Part shown: positions 19,423-29,013 of the stretch, one piece after another
How positions within the stretch are numbered: position 1 is the stretch's first letter
Layout: every line of letters begins with the position of its first letter
Source: Arenicellales bacterium
GTDB lineage: Bacteria; Pseudomonadota; Gammaproteobacteria; Arenicellales; CBDCFT01
Reading direction: 5' to 3'
NCBI GenBank assembly: GCA_965216735.1
Contig: OZ244198.1
Location: 4,725,628-4,789,627 of the forward strand
DNA: 64,000 nt
Made by a program: the position numbers and the translations under genes
Notes under the pieces: model-generated
What the model was told of the DNA's origin: nothing
Seen by the model: only the letters and a program-made list of their open reading frames with translations
Database searches by the model: none

Positions 19423-20148
19423 CTAAAGCTTGTGTTTTTTAGCAATCGCTTTAGCTCGTTTTGTGGGAGCCGGATGTGATGCCAATATGCTGCTGGAATC
19501 TCCCAGTTCAGCGAGTTTCTTTAATGCGGACACAGCGTTGGACAGGTCATAACCGTGCTTTTTCATAAATGCCACCCCATAGTTATCCGAAGCCGATTCT
19601 TCCTTTCTGGAATAACTGGCATTGACCATGGCTTCGGCGATACCGCCGAGTTCCGATGTCGCAATGGAGCCTAAGTCGCCCCCAGCCGCTGCCACACTCT
19701 TACGTGCAGCACTGGTGGCATAGGCGGTTTTCATTTTCTTCTTACTGTGCTCCAGTTTGACATGACCGATTTCATGGCCGATAACAAACAACAACTCCTG
19801 ATCGTTCATCTTATCCATCAGACCGGAGAAAAAACGAATACTCCCATCTGCGGTGGCGAAGGCATTCATCTCATCGACTAAATATACTTTGAAATTTAGA
19901 TCTAAGCCATCTTCGCCCGTATGCTTGTTGGTGAGATTGGCCAGACGTTTCGCATACTCATTATCCGTCGGCGCCACTTTATTTTGACTATCGTATTGTT
20001 TAATCGCCCTGAAACTCAGTGCTCTGGCATCCTCATTACTCAGAGTGACTGCCTTAAACGCATCTACGGCACCACCGATGGAGATGTTGTTTAAATCGAA
20101 GGCAGTGGCCAGGTTGGTGTAAAATAGAATGAGCCCGGCAATAAACAT
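19423..20148 (-). CDS. M48-family zinc metallopeptidase (periplasmic, YcaL/LoiP-like)
   Basis: HEIGHVKLEH HExxH motif. I chose the start at the internal M (MFIAGLILFYTNLATAFD, signal-like). The ORF extends to 20226. Confidence 0.8.
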   Translation of the reverse strand: MFIAGLILFYTNLATAFDLNNISIGGAVDAFKAVTLSNEDARALSFRAIKQYDSQNKVAPTDNEYAKRLANLTNKHTGEDGLDLNFKVYLVDEMNAFATADGSIRFFSGLMDKMNDQELLFVIGHEIGHVKLEHSKKKMKTAYATSAARKSVAAAGGDLGSIATSELGGIAEAMVNASYSRKEESASDNYGVAFMKKHGYDLSNAVSALKKLAELGDSSSILASHPAPTKRAKAIAKKHKL

Positions 20149-20422
20149 TTTTTTCACTTTTCTATGCGGTCGAAGACAGAGCACCACGGGTTTACCCGTG
20201 GGTGAATGAGCAACGCTGTTGTTCATCGCGGTCTGCAGTTAAAGTGATGAACAGCAGCGGCAGCCCGAAGGGCTGTAACAGTAAGCACCCCGGCTTTAGC
20301 CGGGGGAATCTATTCCTTCTATTGGTTCGATTCATAGAATTCTTTGACACCGTTCGATACGCACCTGATAGCCCTGCAGAAATATTGCATGATGGATTCT
20401 ATATAACTAGCTAGATCGTAGA

Positions 20423-20438
20423 TGTGTGCCAGTTCACA
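20423..20438. promoter_or_regulatory. near-perfect CRP-like site TGTGT-GCCAGT-TCACA
   Basis: One mismatch. It shares the extended right half AGTTCACA with the sites at 6255, 14728 and 31674. Confidence 0.4.
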
Positions 20439-20552
20439 CGAACTGAGTGATAAAATTTACAGTTGGGTGATTGCCATAGGACGCAACCATACGCTCACTC
20501 TCGGGCCGATATGATCAGAAGAAAAAAAGCGAGAGGCAAATTCATAGGACAA

Positions 20553-20583
20553 GTTAGAGGTCTCGTATTCCGAGGCCTCTAAC
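20553..20583. other. 13-bp stem-loop downstream of P1
   Basis: gttagaggtctcg / tattc / cgaggcctctaac. This gives 13 pairs, one of them a G-U wobble on plus-strand RNA. No adjacent U-run, so it is not a classical intrinsic terminator. Confidence 0.4.
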
Positions 20584-20635
20584 GATCAAAAAGATAATTT
20601 TGCGTTGGTATCCGTTTAATCCCAGTGACCAAAAA

Positions 20636-20911
20636 CTAGTTAATAACGCCTCCGGTAGTTGTTGGCGCGGGTGTTGTTGCAGGTGCAGCGGTCGTGGTGG
20701 GTGCGGTCGTAGTTGCTGGGGCCGAGGTGGTCGTTACAACTGTAGTTGTTTGCGCATGCGCTGGAAGAACAACACTATCCACAATAGGTCTTGTCCACTC
20801 GCGGGGTAACGCCTTAGTAACAACAGCGGTTGCCCCGCCGGTCAGTAAAATGGTCTTTAACGTTTTTCGTCGCTGGCTGGATTTATTTGAGTAGTTCTTT
20901 TCTTGTGTCAC
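20636..20911 (-). CDS. P1: minimal member of the Tat-like-leader family (leader plus a 35-aa Thr/Pro/Ala-rich tail)
   Basis: SQRRKTLKTILLTGGATAVVTKALPREWTRPIVDSVVLPAHAQTT matches the leader of P2-P6. The remainder is TVVTTTSAPATTTAPTTTAAPATTPAPTTTGGVIN. Confidence 0.65.
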   Translation of the reverse strand: MTQEKNYSNKSSQRRKTLKTILLTGGATAVVTKALPREWTRPIVDSVVLPAHAQTTTVVTTTSAPATTTAPTTTAAPATTPAPTTTGGVIN

Positions 20912-21581
20912 GTTAATCTCCCGCTGTTCAAATATTTGGCGCGAGTCTCACATAACGCCAATCAAATGTAAATATCACGACAGCAAAGCTAATAATCCCA
21001 GAAAGCTTATTTTTACAATATGAACAGTGTACATGTTGCTACAAAGGATTCCATACCCGGACTGGAATTTATTTCAACATGACCCGTGCTTTTCAAGGTT
21101 TATTAAAGATTAGGTTCTGATTTACCAAGTTACACCATATGAGCAGGGATGACGGTATTTATTGATCATTGAAGCACTCATACTAATGTGATGGTGTTAG
21201 CTCACTGCGCGAGTGTTTGAACAGACTACAATAGCATTGTGAACAATTGTAAAATTATTGACTTATGCATTTATCGATATATACAGTTCAGAATGTCGAA
21301 ATGAGTCAATCGATGCACACTCACTAAGTTGCAATATTTGATCGCTATCGACTAATATAACGCCGTAGTTCTAAGCGGAGAATACGGTACGCCAGGGAGG
21401 GGGAGATGATGGGCCCTGACGCACCGTATGATGTTGACACTTGTTTTTACCCAATCTCCACATTGGGTATTTTTACCGAGGACAATTGGGGGCGTCGTCC
21501 TACAGCGTGCAGCAGTATACGGCTGCAAGAATTCAGGTTACAACACACACCCACGCAGGGTAATCCTGCAAAAACGCTGTA

Positions 21582-22499
21582 ATGAACTGGGACCACTTAC
21601 ACACGTTTTATATTTTGTCAGAACACGGATCGTTGACATCCGCGGCGAAAGAATTGGGAATTGATCCGACCACTGTCTCGCGCCGTATAGCAGCTTTAGA
21701 AAGCTCGCTAAATATACGGTTAATAAGAAAAGAAAAAGGCCAGTTGGTGCCGACGCGGGCAAGCATTGATGTGTTGAACCGTATTAGCCGAATGGCCGGC
21801 GAAGCCCGTCAGCTGACGAATACAAACAATGGGAAAAGGGCAGGGTCGACGACCGGGGAGAAAAATTCTTATCTATCAGGCACCGTTCGGATTACATCTG
21901 TTGAATCGCTTATTGTGGATTGCCTCGTGCCGGAACTGGCCTCGCTGTACAAGACTTACCCGAAAATCCAGTTGGAACTTATCGGTTGTGACGAAAACGT
22001 TAGTTTCCACAGAAAAAATGCTGACATAGCAATACGGCTCGCAAAACCAAAGAACCAACAACACGTTGTGAGCAAGCGCTTAACTCGCATAGGTTTTGCT
22101 TTGTATGGTTCAAAGCGGCATATCAAAATAAACAAGCAGCTCCAGAATCAAAAGGGTTGCTTTCTCGCTTACAGTGATGAGTATAGTCACTTACCCGAAA
22201 TGCGTTGGATCGCCCAGTACGCGAACGGTAAAAGCTCCACAAAAATTATGTCGTCTAATGCGTCGGTCCTTTACGATGCCATTCGACGTGGTGTAGGTAT
22301 CGGGATCTTACCTTGTTATCGAGGAGATTCCGATCGATCACTCATCCGTTTGACGGGAACTGAGCCCATTATTACACGTACGGGTTGGTTGATGGTTCGT
22401 AAGGAAGCATCAACCGGTGTACTGATTCGCGGTTGTGCCGAATGGCTTGAAAGTCTATTTTCCCGAAAGCAGGTAATGATTTCCGGTATTCAAGAATAA
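21582..22499 (+). CDS. LysR-family transcriptional regulator
   Basis: MNWDHLHTFYILSEHGSLTSAAKELGIDPTTVSRRIAALE is a LysR HTH. Confidence 0.85.
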   Translation: MNWDHLHTFYILSEHGSLTSAAKELGIDPTTVSRRIAALESSLNIRLIRKEKGQLVPTRASIDVLNRISRMAGEARQLTNTNNGKRAGSTTGEKNSYLSGTVRITSVESLIVDCLVPELASLYKTYPKIQLELIGCDENVSFHRKNADIAIRLAKPKNQQHVVSKRLTRIGFALYGSKRHIKINKQLQNQKGCFLAYSDEYSHLPEMRWIAQYANGKSSTKIMSSNASVLYDAIRRGVGIGILPCYRGDSDRSLIRLTGTEPIITRTGWLMVRKEASTGVLIRGCAEWLESLFSRKQVMISGIQE

Positions 22500-22543
22500 A
22501 ACCCTCGATACCGAGTTTTGCATAAGATAGATGCCGTAATAAG

Positions 22544-23428
22544 TTATGTGAGAACCCCCGAAAACAATGACTGTTCCTGTTCGAATAATTCGTTGATCCA
22601 CTCAACAATGGTTCGAATAGCAGAGTTAGAATGATAGTTCGCGGGGGCCAGTAGCCACGCCTCGCGGTTAACGACCGGTGTAGGACCGCTAATACGGGTA
22701 AGGGAAGGATCAGGATCGCCGCGATAACACGGTAGCACGCCAATTCCGACTCCGACTTTGATGGCCATTTTTAGTACACCGGCATCGTTTGATTTAAGCG
22801 CCGGTTCCGGTTTTTGCATGTTTTGCCGCATCCATTGAGCTTCCGGCAACTTGCCGTATTCATCTTCGTAGGTAACCCAATCTGTCGCTTGGTTAGTGTA
22901 CTGAGTCCAATCATTATTCAAGTGACTCGCCGCGTATACCGCAAACCCAGCAACGGTGAGTTTTTTTGTAACAATATTTAACAATTCGGGTTTGGCAAAG
23001 CGTATGGCGACATCGGTTTCTCGTTTATTCAAACTCAAATTTAAATCGGTGCTGACAAACTGGACGTTTAGTTTAGGGAAACGCTTTCGCAGCGGCGGTA
23101 ATTTTGGCACTAAGCAGTCCATGACTAACGATTCCACTGCGGTAATACGTACGTTTCCCGATATTTGATCTTGATGCACATTGGACAACTGATCCAGTGA
23201 TTGCGCTAGCTCCGCCATAGCTTTTGCTTTTTCATAAAAGCTGTGGCCGACATCGGTCGGGATATAGCGTCCCTCTTCTCGTGTGAATAGACGGGTGCCG
23301 AGTTCTTTTTCAAGGGAAGCCAGGCGCCGGGATACCGTCGTTGGGTCAATTGATAGTTCTCTGGCGGCCTGGGCCAAAGTGCCTTGCCGAAAAAGAATAT
23401 ACAGAGTTTGAATATGATCCCAGTTCAT
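22544..23428 (-). CDS. LysR-family transcriptional regulator, paralogue of 21582..22499
   Basis: MNWDHIQTLYILFRQGTLAQAARELSIDPTTVSRRLASLE. I chose the start at this M (ATG 23428) by alignment with the paralogue. The ORF extends to 23506. Confidence 0.85.
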   Translation of the reverse strand: MNWDHIQTLYILFRQGTLAQAARELSIDPTTVSRRLASLEKELGTRLFTREEGRYIPTDVGHSFYEKAKAMAELAQSLDQLSNVHQDQISGNVRITAVESLVMDCLVPKLPPLRKRFPKLNVQFVSTDLNLSLNKRETDVAIRFAKPELLNIVTKKLTVAGFAVYAASHLNNDWTQYTNQATDWVTYEDEYGKLPEAQWMRQNMQKPEPALKSNDAGVLKMAIKVGVGIGVLPCYRGDPDPSLTRISGPTPVVNREAWLLAPANYHSNSAIRTIVEWINELFEQEQSLFSGVLT

Positions 23429-23801
23429 TACTGCAATTACGCAGATACTAAATGCAATATTATGGTTATATTTGTATTTCTGCAGCATATATAATTTTTC
23501 CTGCATTTTAAAGTGTTGACATAAGTCGTTCTGGCAACGCTACCGCTTTCGGGAAAAGTCAAGTAGTAAAAGTGGCGCGTTGTTAGGTTTTTGTAAACAG
23601 AACTGACGCGGGGGTGTCATGACGAAGGGCGTTTTTATCACTTGGTGGGGCGGTTATTGTCTGCCAAACGTAAGACCAAACACGATTCGTTTCTGAGTCA
23701 AACATCAGTGAGACATCACCATCCATGTAAACAAAATGTTACAGGTTGCATTAGTTTATGTGGATGTCAACTAGCTCATAGACCAATTTTAAGGGGACTA
23801 A

Positions 23802-24341
23802 ATGATGACAGGCATTAGGAAGTGGCTCATAAGCCAGACATCCGTCAGTCGAATAGGACTGTACGTATTGTGTTATCTGTTGGTATCGCCGCTGAAGGCA
23901 GAGGGACTAGCGCCCCCCAAAGGTGAAATAGTTTTGTTGGTAAGTGGAAACATCGGCCGTACGACCAATGGTCAGTCTGCATTGTTCGATCGTGCACAAT
24001 TGGAAAATATTGGGATGCACGACCTTCGTACCACAACACCTTGGACAGATGGTGAAACAACTTTTGAAGGAGTCTTGCTTAGCGATCTCTTGGATGAAGT
24101 AGCATCGCATGGCGAGCTTCTACATGCCGCCGCTTTAAACGACTACAGTGTTACTATTCCGGTTGGTGATGCGAAACACTGTAACGTACTCATCGCCCTT
24201 AAAGCAGACGGAGAATACTTGAGTTTGCGTAATCGGGGACCGTTATGGATTATCTATCCTTGGGAGGAAAAATCACAATTAGATCAAACCACATTGCGCG
24301 AGCGGTCCATTTGGCACTTAAATTCACTTATCGTTGAATAA
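23802..24341 (+). CDS. periplasmic protein resembling the molybdopterin-oxidoreductase substrate/Moco-binding fold (Oxidored_molyb-like, short form)
   Basis: Signal peptide, then TTTPWTDGETTFEGVLLSDLL ... NDYSVTIP ... LRNRGPLWIIYP. This is the pattern of small YedY-like domains often found next to sensor kinases. Confidence 0.5.
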   Translation: MMTGIRKWLISQTSVSRIGLYVLCYLLVSPLKAEGLAPPKGEIVLLVSGNIGRTTNGQSALFDRAQLENIGMHDLRTTTPWTDGETTFEGVLLSDLLDEVASHGELLHAAALNDYSVTIPVGDAKHCNVLIALKADGEYLSLRNRGPLWIIYPWEEKSQLDQTTLRERSIWHLNSLIVE

Positions 24342-24349
24342 CTTGATCA

Positions 24350-26761
24350 ATGCGTTTTACGTTAGTCGGACTATGGATACTGCTGATTGCACTGATTGCC
24401 GCTAGCGTGATGGGGTTAATAGCGCTCAATAATACGAGTAGATCTGCTAGTGCCGAATTGCCAATGGATGCTTCCTGGCATGCGGGTTCCCTGGTCGGTG
24501 AGACAACAAAGCTGCATGGGGAAGTGAAAAATAACGTGCACAATCTTGAACACGGGCATCGGGGAATGCAAGACAGCATGGCGTTTCGATTCGCGCTAGT
24601 TAACAGCCGTGTCTTGACGTTGTCCCATGGACAGATTTACGGGTTTATAAGCGCGGATGCCAATATTACGTCTCAGATTACAGCGGTTAACGAACAAGTA
24701 GAAAAAATTGAGAAACTCATCGATTCGGGCGATTTATCACTCGGCGAGTATGAAAAATTACTACAGTTAGTAGACGTTCTCCACGTACAAAGCAAGCAGT
24801 TGTATTTGGCAATAGCCCGATTCAGCCAACATGCCAGCAATGCGGTTGGTCAACAAATCAGGCAACAAAGTCAAGTCTCACTCATTTCGTTTCTCGGAAC
24901 CATAGTGGTGGGCTCAGCCTTGTTTTCACTGTCTCTTCTCGAATACCGCCGACGTAACAAAGTGACACAGGAGCTATCCAAATTGGAGACCAATTACAGG
25001 ACCTTGTTCGAAACAAGCGACTTGTTCATTTGCACGCTTGGCGCGGATGGCTATATCACAGATGCGAATGGAGCGTGCCGCCGTATTACAGGTTATAGCA
25101 AGGAAAAAATTTTAGCTACGCATATTCGAGAGATAGGCGTACCCAGGGATGTCGATCGCTACAAAACACTGATGAAAAAAATCATGGCTGGCGAACTTCA
25201 CAGCGCGAACTTCGAATGGAAATACACTACCAAAGACGGCCAAATAAGATATGGTGATGTCTCCACGACAGGTATTTACAATACAGATGGTTCTTACCAA
25301 GGCAGTATCTCGGTGATTAAGGACATCACGGACAAATTCAAAGCGGAACGGGCTCTGCAACAAAGGGAACTCCAAAACCGAAAATTTAATTCTGCCTACT
25401 ATTCGTTAATAACTCATCACTATATATTCCAGACGTCACCGGACAAGTCATTTCAGTCGATAATCTCGGCAATAATGGAGGCTTTGGATTTGACACTTTG
25501 TTCAATTTGGCTTCGTGATAAAGACAGTGAATGCCTTAGGTGTCAAGCATCTAATTTAAATGTAGGAAATCCGCCAACCGTTGATCGATCAATGAGCAAA
25601 AAATTAATCGGGCAACTTGAGAAGGAAAAAACGATAATCCTTGACGTTGCGAGCCGTGCCCGCACGATAATGCCGGTATTATTTGGAGTTGCAACGGGAA
25701 AGGCGTTGCTCGTGAGTATTCACGCCGAAGATCGACTTACCGGTTTTATCATTGCAATAAAAAAAGGCGACGACAACGAATGGGGGTTCGATGAGCAAAA
25801 CCTTATGAATGTCATGACCACGCTGGCTGGTACGGTTGTTGAAACGGATACTCGGCGTTCTAGTCAAGCGGAACTAAAACTGCATAAGGACAAACTGGAA
25901 GAAATAGTGGAAACGAGAACCAGCGAACTAGTTAAAACAAACGCACAGCTTAATGAAACGCTGTCTACCCTGGAGAAAACGAATTCACAACTTATTCAAT
26001 CGGAAAAACTCGCTTCTCTTGGAGCCCTAGTTGCGGGGGTTGCACATGAGATCAACACACCTTTAGGTAATAGCATCACTGTGGCCACCACGTTAGAAGA
26101 CAAAACCAAGGAATTTAAAGATGAATTAAGAACCGATGCTGTGAGGCGTAACACGCTGGAAGACTATATCGACGATGTCGGTACTGCATCCAACCTGCTT
26201 TCACGTAATTTATTTCAGGCCGCCCGTATGGTGGCTAGTTTTAAGCGTATAGCCGTTGACCAAACGAGTTCAGTGCGTCGTCAATTTAATTGTAAAGAGC
26301 TAACTGAAGAGGTGTTGATGACGCTGAGCCCGACTATCAGCAAGACAAAAATCCGCTGTGAAATCGATATTCCTGAATCTATAGAGCTTGATAGTTATCC
26401 TGGTGACTATGGTCAAGTGGTTTCAAATATTGTGCTCAACGCGGTTACACATGCCTTCGAACAAGAGGACGAGCCCGGGTTAATACGTATAGAAGTCAAC
26501 ATGGAGAGCGACTATGCGATTTTCAGAATATCCGACAACGGTAAAGGAATCCCAGAGCACCATCTAAAAAAAATATTCGATCCGTTTTTCACGACCAAAA
26601 TGGGATCGGGCGGGAGCGGACTGGGACTCAATATCGCCCACGGCATTGTGAATGGGGTGTTGGGTGGAAGCATTACTGTGAAGAGTGAAATAGGAAAAGG
26701 TACTGTATTTACCATCGTCCTGCCCCAAAGTGCACCCGCGAAAAAACAAACGAGCCAATAA
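24350..26761 (+). CDS. membrane sensor histidine kinase with PAS and GAF-like domains
   Basis: N-terminal TM segments; PAS-like region (YRTLFETSDLFICTLGADGYITDANGA); H-box GVAHEINTPLGN; HATPase motifs DNGKGIP and GSGLGLNIA. Confidence 0.85.
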   Translation: MRFTLVGLWILLIALIAASVMGLIALNNTSRSASAELPMDASWHAGSLVGETTKLHGEVKNNVHNLEHGHRGMQDSMAFRFALVNSRVLTLSHGQIYGFISADANITSQITAVNEQVEKIEKLIDSGDLSLGEYEKLLQLVDVLHVQSKQLYLAIARFSQHASNAVGQQIRQQSQVSLISFLGTIVVGSALFSLSLLEYRRRNKVTQELSKLETNYRTLFETSDLFICTLGADGYITDANGACRRITGYSKEKILATHIREIGVPRDVDRYKTLMKKIMAGELHSANFEWKYTTKDGQIRYGDVSTTGIYNTDGSYQGSISVIKDITDKFKAERALQQRELQNRKFNSAYYSLITHHYIFQTSPDKSFQSIISAIMEALDLTLCSIWLRDKDSECLRCQASNLNVGNPPTVDRSMSKKLIGQLEKEKTIILDVASRARTIMPVLFGVATGKALLVSIHAEDRLTGFIIAIKKGDDNEWGFDEQNLMNVMTTLAGTVVETDTRRSSQAELKLHKDKLEEIVETRTSELVKTNAQLNETLSTLEKTNSQLIQSEKLASLGALVAGVAHEINTPLGNSITVATTLEDKTKEFKDELRTDAVRRNTLEDYIDDVGTASNLLSRNLFQAARMVASFKRIAVDQTSSVRRQFNCKELTEEVLMTLSPTISKTKIRCEIDIPESIELDSYPGDYGQVVSNIVLNAVTHAFEQEDEPGLIRIEVNMESDYAIFRISDNGKGIPEHHLKKIFDPFFTTKMGSGGSGLGLNIAHGIVNGVLGGSITVKSEIGKGTVFTIVLPQSAPAKKQTSQ

Positions 26762-26765
26762 CGCT

Positions 26766-27989
26766 ATGGTTACAACGGACTCTATTCGAATTATCGATAC
26801 GCCAGATTTCCCTTCCACAAGCCACAAAGAATATGCTTGGAAACTGTTAGTAGTTGACGATGAAGAAGAAGTGCATTTGTCCACACGGTTTGCGCTTCGG
26901 AATGTGAAAATCCTGGGTTCGCCGGTTGAGATTATCGGGGTATATTCAAAAAAAGAAGCGAGAAAACTACTCAGTTCTACACCGGACATAGCCGTCATAT
27001 TGCTCGATGTTGTGATGGAAAATGAGAGTGCCGGTTTAGAACTGGTGAGTGTTATACGTGAAGAGTTGGGGCTTAACGATGTAAGAATAATTCTGCGTAC
27101 CGGTCAACCGGGGTACGCACCCGAACTTAAAGTCCTGCAAGAATACGATATTAATGATTACCGTACAAAAGAAGAATTATCCAGGACACGGCTGATCAGC
27201 ATAATAACGTCTGCAGTGCGTGCTTATCAAAATTTGAAACGTGTCCAGCAAATGGAACGATTGACCAGTGTGGCTAGACTAGCAGCAGGCATTACCCACG
27301 AAATCAAGAATCCACTTGCTATTATTTTAATGGGCACCGACTATCTGGAAGAAAGGCTCAACAGGGGCGATCCAATCGATGCAGGCGTGATTAGGGAGAT
27401 TCGCAATGCCGTATCTCGCGCCAGTTCTATTGTGTCGAATGTATTGGACTTATCGAATATTACAGAAATTAGACGAGAGCCCAGTGACATACAGCAGCTG
27501 ATCGACGTCGCAATAAATCAAGTCACCTATCTAATCGAAGCTAACGAGGTGGTCGTTGAGAGTAGTTGCGGCAGCGATGTTCCTAAGATTCTCATTGATA
27601 GGGAAAAAATGGAGCAAGTATTCGTCAATGTCATCAAGAACGCATGTCAGGCTATGATGGAAGGCGGCAAACTTGTCATTACAGTACGGGTTGACGTGCC
27701 CGATGAAAACCATCGAATTAGAAAGCAGTCTCCCGGTTCGGAATCGTTTTACCCACCTGGCGAAAAAGTAGTGCTTATTATTTTTAAAGACTCCGGTCCT
27801 GGTATTCCAAACGATATACGTTCGAATGTCTTCGAGCCGTTTGTTACCACGAACAGACGCATCGGTGGGACCGGCTTGGGTTTGTCCATCGTCAGAAATA
27901 TTGTGGAACTGCATGAGGGTAAAGTAGAAATTGTTAACCCCCCTGAGGGAGGCACTGAGGTATTGATCGCACTAAGTATTGATGACTAA
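26766..27989 (+). CDS. hybrid response-regulator receiver / histidine kinase
   Basis: REC (LLVVDDEEEV ... ILLDVVME) followed by H-box AAGITHEIKNPLA and HATPase (DSGPGIP, GTGLGLSIV). I chose ATG 26766 so the gene does not overlap the upstream kinase. Confidence 0.85.
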   Translation: MVTTDSIRIIDTPDFPSTSHKEYAWKLLVVDDEEEVHLSTRFALRNVKILGSPVEIIGVYSKKEARKLLSSTPDIAVILLDVVMENESAGLELVSVIREELGLNDVRIILRTGQPGYAPELKVLQEYDINDYRTKEELSRTRLISIITSAVRAYQNLKRVQQMERLTSVARLAAGITHEIKNPLAIILMGTDYLEERLNRGDPIDAGVIREIRNAVSRASSIVSNVLDLSNITEIRREPSDIQQLIDVAINQVTYLIEANEVVVESSCGSDVPKILIDREKMEQVFVNVIKNACQAMMEGGKLVITVRVDVPDENHRIRKQSPGSESFYPPGEKVVLIIFKDSGPGIPNDIRSNVFEPFVTTNRRIGGTGLGLSIVRNIVELHEGKVEIVNPPEGGTEVLIALSIDD

Positions 27990-28004
27990 ACAAAGGACAC
28001 TCTG

Positions 28005-28412
28005 ATGACAAAGACGAAAGTATTAATTGTGGACGACGAAGAGGGATTTTGCTGGATGATTAAAAAACGATTGGAAGACACGGGCAAATACGATGTATAC
28101 ACCGAATCTTTCAGTTCACGGACCGTGAGCATGGCAAAGGAAGTCAATCCGGACGCAATTATTTTGGATTTTATGATGCCTGATATGGACGGCGACGAAG
28201 TAGTCGAGAGACTAAGGGAAGATCAAAGTACGGAATCAATTCCAGTCATTTTCTTAACCGCGATTGCAATGAAAGAAGGTAAAGAGGATTCACGGGTAAT
28301 CACTACTGGCAGTAACGTTGTACTGGGGAAACCTGTGTCGTCGGCACTGCTAATGGATACAATCGACGAGGTGATAGCAAGAGGTAGGCAAATAGACTGT
28401 CCCCACCGATGA
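28005..28412 (+). CDS. single-domain response regulator (CheY-like)
   Basis: KVLIVDDEE ... IILDFMMPDMDG ... FLTA, 135 aa. Confidence 0.85.
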   Translation: MTKTKVLIVDDEEGFCWMIKKRLEDTGKYDVYTESFSSRTVSMAKEVNPDAIILDFMMPDMDGDEVVERLREDQSTESIPVIFLTAIAMKEGKEDSRVITTGSNVVLGKPVSSALLMDTIDEVIARGRQIDCPHR

Positions 28413-28482
28413 TGGGTTTGCTATATAATGAAGGTTTTACTCCGTCCTGAGAAGGCGGGGAATTCAAACCTTAGAGATTAAT

Positions 28483-29013
28483 ATGACCCAACTCACCCCG
28501 GGCAACGCTGTGCCCGAATTAAAAGTGAAAACTTTAGATGGATCCGTTTGGAATCTATCAGAGCAAACACCTGAGCATTTTACGATTGTTGTCTTTTACA
28601 GAGGACTACATTGCCCGATATGCGCTAGCTATTTACCTGACATAGAAAGCCGCGTTCGCGCATTTCGGGGGCTCGGTGTTGAAATCATCGCTGTCAGCAG
28701 TGACGGTGAAGCACGCGCTAGAAGTATTAAAGAGGAACTTGGCCTCGATGAATTGACGATAGGCTACGACTTGAGTATAGAAACGGCTAGAGACTGGGGG
28801 CTATACGTTTCTCAGGGAATTGGTAAAAGTTCAAAAGGAATTGAAGAACCCAATCTTTTTATTGAGCCGGGCATTTTCATTATACGACCCGATCAGACAC
28901 TTTATTCCTGTGTTGTTCAAAGCATGCCATTTGCAAGACCGCAGTTTTCGGAAACCCTCGATGCAGTTCAGTTTATTATTACCAACCGCTATCCGGCACG
29001 TGGTGAAGCATAA
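28483..29013 (+). CDS. peroxiredoxin-like (AhpC/TSA-redoxin family) protein
   Basis: FTIVVFYRGLHCPICASYL is a thioredoxin-fold CxxC region typical of peroxiredoxin-like proteins. Confidence 0.7.
   Translation: MTQLTPGNAVPELKVKTLDGSVWNLSEQTPEHFTIVVFYRGLHCPICASYLPDIESRVRAFRGLGVEIIAVSSDGEARARSIKEELGLDELTIGYDLSIETARDWGLYVSQGIGKSSKGIEEPNLFIEPGIFIIRPDQTLYSCVVQSMPFARPQFSETLDAVQFIITNRYPARGEA

Noticed and set aside
20439-20583. A second CRP-driven sRNA running from the 20423 site to the 20553-20583 stem-loop.
   Set aside because: The best -10-like hexamer (TAAAAT, 20451-20456) is too close to the site for class I or class II geometry, and the hairpin lacks a U-run. The evidence is too weak to list as a feature.
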